A stretch of DNA of 64,000 nt, taken from contig NC_091288.1 of the NCBI RefSeq assembly GCF_032444005.1, positions 16,244,001 to 16,308,000 of the forward strand, read 5' to 3'. The position numbers and the translations under genes were made by a program. The notes under the pieces are model-generated. The model saw only the letters and a list, made by a program, of their open reading frames with translations. It made no database searches and was not told the DNA's origin. This DNA is from Ranitomeya imitator (taxonomy: Eukaryota). The first letter of the stretch is position 1; the number at the start of each line of letters is the position of its first letter. Below are positions 59,472-64,000 of the stretch, piece by piece.

Positions 59472-60169
59472 AAAAGTATATTGAAAATGAAAGACAAAAA
59501 AACAAACAAAATATTAAATAGATTTATAATACAAAAATGATTGTTCTAAAGACGAGGAGCCTTCATTGTCTGTAATAACTGAGAATGATTGTGCCCGGCG
59601 ATCGGGAGGTGTAGACGACCCTCAATGCCACGCACAAGTGGCCTCCATAGACGGCGCCAACACGGCGGGCGGCGCAGTCTGCAGCTAATGGCGCTTCCAT
59701 GGTATTGGGCACGCGGATATGCAGCAAAGCTCGGTTCACTGCACGGACGTTACCAATGAAAGTGCTGCAGTGATTTGCAAACCGCACCGATCGGCACGTC
59801 AGCACCGTTTGTGGCCGCACCATGTGAACACAACCCGAAGTAGAGGGAAATTACTGCGGAAGATGAAAAGGAGCAATAGGAACATTCAAGTTCTATGGAA
59901 AACACAGAGGAGCGAGGGACTCGTAAAAAGGATCAATTATATATAAAATGTCTCCAAACCAGATTCACTTCGTTCTATTTCCGGATAAAGAAAGTTCTGC
60001 AACTTTGTGCTTCAAATGTCCGATTGCGGCTTGTAATCCGGAAATGATAATGGCCGATACATTACAGTAACAGGTTATTCTTCTTGGAATGAGAAGTTAT
60101 ACACTGTTTCTATATCAATTCCTGCAGTCTGATCTCTGCTTGCTGTCAGTCCCATCATGTGATGGACGC

Positions 60170-61305
60170 TGGTGCAGAGATCTTTACATTACTGCTATCC
60201 GTCCTGCACGTGCTGGGAAGGGATCGTTACATTACTGCTATCCGTCCTGCACGTGCTGGGAAGGGATCGTTACATTACTGCTATCAGTCCTGCACGTGCT
60301 GGTGAAGAAATCGTTACATTACTGCTATTAGTCCTGCACGTGCTGGTGAAGAAATCGTTACATTACTGCTATTAGTCCTGCACGTGCTGGGAAGGGATCG
60401 TTACATTACTGCTATTAGTCCTGCACTAGCTGGTGCAGGGATCGTTACATTACTGCTATCAGTCCTGCACGTGCTGGTGCAGGGATCGTTACATTACTGC
60501 TATCAGGCCTGCATGGGCTGGTGCAGGGATCATTAGCAGTAATGTATCAGTCCTACACGTGCTGGTGAAGGGATCATTACATTACTGCTATCAGTCCTAC
60601 ACGTGCTGGTGCAGGAATCGTTACATTACCGCTATCAGTCCTACAAGTGCTGGTGCAGGGATCGTTAGCAGTAATGTATCAGTCCTGCACGTGCTGGTGA
60701 AGGGATCATTACATTACGGCTATCAGTCCTACACGTGCTGGTGCAGGGATCGTTACATTACTGCTATCAGTCCTACACGTGCTGGTGCAGAGATCGTTAC
60801 ATTACTGCTATCAGTCCTACACGTGCTGGTGCAGAGATCGTTACATTACTGCTATCAGTCCTACACGTGCTGGTGCAGGGATCGTTACATTACTGCTATC
60901 AGTCCTACACGTGCTGGTGAAAAGATCATTACATTACTGCCATCAGTCCTGCACTAGCTGGTGCAGGGATCTACATTACTATCAGTCCTGCACGTGCTAG
61001 TGAAGGGATTGTAACATTACTATCAGTCCTGCATGTGCTAGTGAAGGGATCGTTACATTACTGCTATCAGTCCTGCATGGGCTGGTGCAGGGATCATTAG
61101 CAGTAATGTATCAGTCCTACACGTGCTGGTGCAGGGATAGTTACATTACTGCTATCAGTCCTGCACGTGCTGGTGAAGGGATCGTTACATTACTGCTATC
61201 AGTCCTGCACTAGCTGGTGAAGGGATCGTTACATTACTGCAATCAGTCCTACACGTGCTGGTGAAGGTATTGTTACATTACTGCTATCAGTCCTGCACGT
61301 GCATC
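60170..61305. repeat. 44-bp minisatellite, ~25 copies
   Basis: Unit CACGTGCTGGTGCAGGGATCGTTACATTACTGCTATCAGTCCTA. Confidence 0.95.
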
Positions 61306-62530
61306 CATCACATGATTGGAGACAGATTTTAGTATTTCCTGGAAACATGTGATGAAAAAGTTCCTATTAACCCTCTCACTGCAGACAAACTTTGCTTTCT
61401 CCTCCCCATCTTTTTAGGTTTTCATTAACATCATTGTATAAGCTTTTTTTTCTTTTCTTTATCAGGCAAGTTGATGCCATTCAACATAAGAATTCTCTGA
61501 CACCCATTACCTTTTTTTCGGCTTGAGATTGTCAGTGATGTAGTTTTTAGTGGCACCATTTGGCGGTAGAAGAGATGCTTTGGTGCCATTTACTGCATTT
61601 TCGGGCAGTGCGGTGTCAGCTCCTTAGGGCCTTTAACAAACTGGCTGAATAATTGTATATTATCATATCAGATGAGGCGATACAGAATAAACATTTTATT
61701 TCAGTATATAATCTAGATGACAATCTCCTAGGATTGGGCTTCCCAGGTGCCGGCCAATACGCGCCTACAATGATGCGCCATTTTAGTGGTATTTATGGGG
61801 TTAAGCAGCGACTGGGAATGCCTACATTCGTGGCAGATATCGGTGGTATAACAGCTCCACAAACACATACCCGCTACATGACAACCTAGTACATCATTTA
61901 GCGGGTCTGGAGCGGGCGCAGGAGCCGCGTTGTACCACCGATATCTCGCATTAAGGGACTTAAAAACCAATACTAGGCTCCAAGTGAATGACAGCAAGCA
62001 GAGATCTTGAAAACTGGGGAATCTTTACAAAAAAAGTATTTTACAATAAATCAATGTCCTAGAGGATGGACGTTAGTCTCCAACTGTAATTAATAGCATT
62101 ACCACTGACTGACAGCAAGCGGAGATCTTGAAAATACAAAAATTAGATATTTGAGGCTTCCATTTTATAAAAATAAACTTTCATTTGTCCCAGGAGGGGT
62201 GGAGTGTATAAAACCTATAAACGCCTTTAGATGGCGCCGTACCGATCTCCAGCCCTTTCTACAGATCTATCCCCTTCCCGACCGACCAAGTGGCCCCATG
62301 AATAGGAAAACCAAACAGAGCGAGTGTGGATCCTGCACGACGGAAGGGCCTGGGGAGGGGACGGCCAGAAATTTTTCAGGCAAACTATAAATTACTAGAC
62401 AAATGATGACATCACAAGACTCACATGACCACTGCAACCAATCACTGATCCAATGATGAAGGCCACATAGGCCAATGACTGGCTGCAGCGGTCACGTAAA
62501 TTAAAAGACATCACGTGGACGGTGCTGGAA

Positions 62531-62661
62531 NNNNNNNNNNNNNNNNNNNNNNNNNNNNNNNNNNNNNNNNNNNNNNNNNNNNNNNNNNNNNNNNNNNNNN
62601 NNNNNNNNNNNNNNNNNNNNNNNNNNNNNNNNNNNNNNNNNNNNNNNNNNNNNNNNNNNNN
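62531..62661. other. Assembly gap (N run)
   Basis: Direct reading. Confidence 1.
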
Positions 62662-62697
62662 GGTTCAAAATTGGGCTAAGGTCACATGTTGGAAAAA

Positions 62698-62739
<42 letters not shown>

Positions 62740-63414
62740 TTTTTCCAACATGTGACCTTAGCCCAATTTTGAACCATTTATGCACACCCCCTCTATGTTT
62801 CCTTTTTCTATCACAGGACATCCACATCCCCAGCTGATTGGGGATTTTATAACAGTCGACCAAAAAAAAGAAATGAACAAAGAAAATGGCCACAGTCTTG
62901 GTGAGAGCCACAGATTACACAGCACAAGGATAGGACAACAAGAAGTAAAAATCTTATAAAACCAAAGAGACCACAGAGATAAATTAAAAGGTTCACAAAG
63001 ATTTGACAGGTTGTGTATGCGTTTCCCCCTTTCCCCTCCAAGTGTTCTTTTTTTTGGGAAAATCAAACAAAAGAAGAAAAAAAAAAAAAAAAAAAAAACA
63101 CAACTCGGGAGCCCGATGGGCCCCAGCAACGCGTCCTTCAGTTTGTGAGCAAGTAGTAGAAGCAGCAATGGTGGCGGAGTGCGTGCGGGAAACACCAGTC
63201 ACCAGGCTTCTGGCGGTCCATTATTGAAGGGGGATGTCCCCTCGCGTCCATCCACACGTCAGTTTGTTCGCCAAGGCCGTAGACCTTGTACAGTAATTGG
63301 GACCTTACGGGAGGTGCCACAAAGGCCTTGTACCTGGCACCGGCTGCAGTGTCCGGGTCAAGCAGTCTGAGGGTCTCTGAGGTCCCAGGACCACACGTGG
63401 CCTCACAATTGTGG

Positions 63415-64000
63415 TCAGGTGCTATTTCCCTGTTCCTGCTCGAATAACAACATGGCCAGCTGGGACCGAGAGCCCAGTCCTTCCAGATTACTTTGCACGC
63501 ACCGATGGTAGATTTCCTCGCTGAGCCGCGGGTTACAAGCCCGCGTGCGGTAGGGCTGGAGGAGTGCCGGCTCCACAGCCCGGAAAACATGGAGCCCAGA
63601 GTAGCGAATAAACATCTCGTAGATGTCTAGCATCTCCAAGATCTCCTCGTTCTCCTGGGCATCGGCAGCCATTTTTGTCCTGGCCGCCATGTAGTCAGCG
63701 TTGTAGAAACAAGCTTCGTCGAAAACATCTCTGTCAAAGCGTCCAGCGTCCCGGACGAGTTCCAGAATCCCCGATGGAGACTGCTGCCCGTGCTCTGACA
63801 CTTCAGGGTTATAACCTTGGAAGTGAATGGGGAAGAAGACCTGCCAGTTGTTGATGGTGTTCATCCGGCAACGGTTGAGAAACTCTATGCCAACGCGGCT
63901 GCCGACGCCTGCGAGGAAGAAGAGAGTGTCCACCGGGTGTTTCTTGGAGATGATGTCCATGAGCCGAATCTGAGAAGGAGCGTCGGTCTTCACACTGATC
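63415..64000 (-). CDS. chpf: Chondroitin polymerizing factor (chondroitin sulfate synthase 2), 3' part of the last coding exon
   Basis: Recognisable C-terminus ...RLMDIISKKHPVDTLF...FLNRCRMN...HVFRAVEP...LEGLGSRSQLAMLLFEQEQGNST. The GNST ending matches CHPF as I recall it (CHPF2 ends ANST). The exon continues beyond the window. Confidence 0.93.
   Translation of the reverse strand, partial: ISVKTDAPSQIRLMDIISKKHPVDTLFFLAGVGSRVGIEFLNRCRMNTINNWQVFFPIHFQGYNPEVSEHGQQSPSGILELVRDAGRFDRDVFDEACFYNADYMAARTKMAADAQENEEILEMLDIYEMFIRYSGLHVFRAVEPALLQPYRTRACNPRLSEEIYHRCVQSNLEGLGSRSQLAMLLFEQEQGNST

Noticed and set aside
62662-62775. Perfect 114-bp palindrome centred on (TA)n
   Set aside because: It starts exactly at an N gap and has identical arms, so a fold-back assembly artefact is more likely. 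Long reads would settle it.

Overview
Eukaryotic, repeat-rich vertebrate DNA, most likely an anuran amphibian (inferred from the CHPF protein sequence and the transposon/satellite repertoire). No rRNA, tRNA gene or CRISPR array was seen. The right end holds the 3' part of the last coding exon of chpf (minus strand). Most of the rest is transposable-element and satellite DNA: three Tc1 elements, two chromodomain Ty3/Gypsy elements, Penelope-like elements with hammerhead ribozyme motifs, Harbinger-type MITEs, a V-SINE, a Ngaro-like SGNH remnant, solo LTRs and an AT-rich LTR element with a decayed gag. The main discovery is a tandem, plus-strand cluster of four related zinc-metalloprotease-like genes. 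Copies 1 and 2 combine an M35/lysine-specific-metalloendopeptidase-like N-terminal region with a metzincin-type HExxHxxGxxH motif. Copies 3 and 4 keep open frames and the Cys-rich C-terminal motif but have lost HExxH. A phase-2 splice donor sits at the same position in copies 1-3. In copy 1 it joins the protease exon in frame to an acidic-linker plus LLKTQRN heptad-repeat exon, predicting a 523-aa protein. The central coding region of copies 1 and 2 is visibly more divergent than their flanking non-coding DNA. All alignments and counts were made by eye; no database searches were run.
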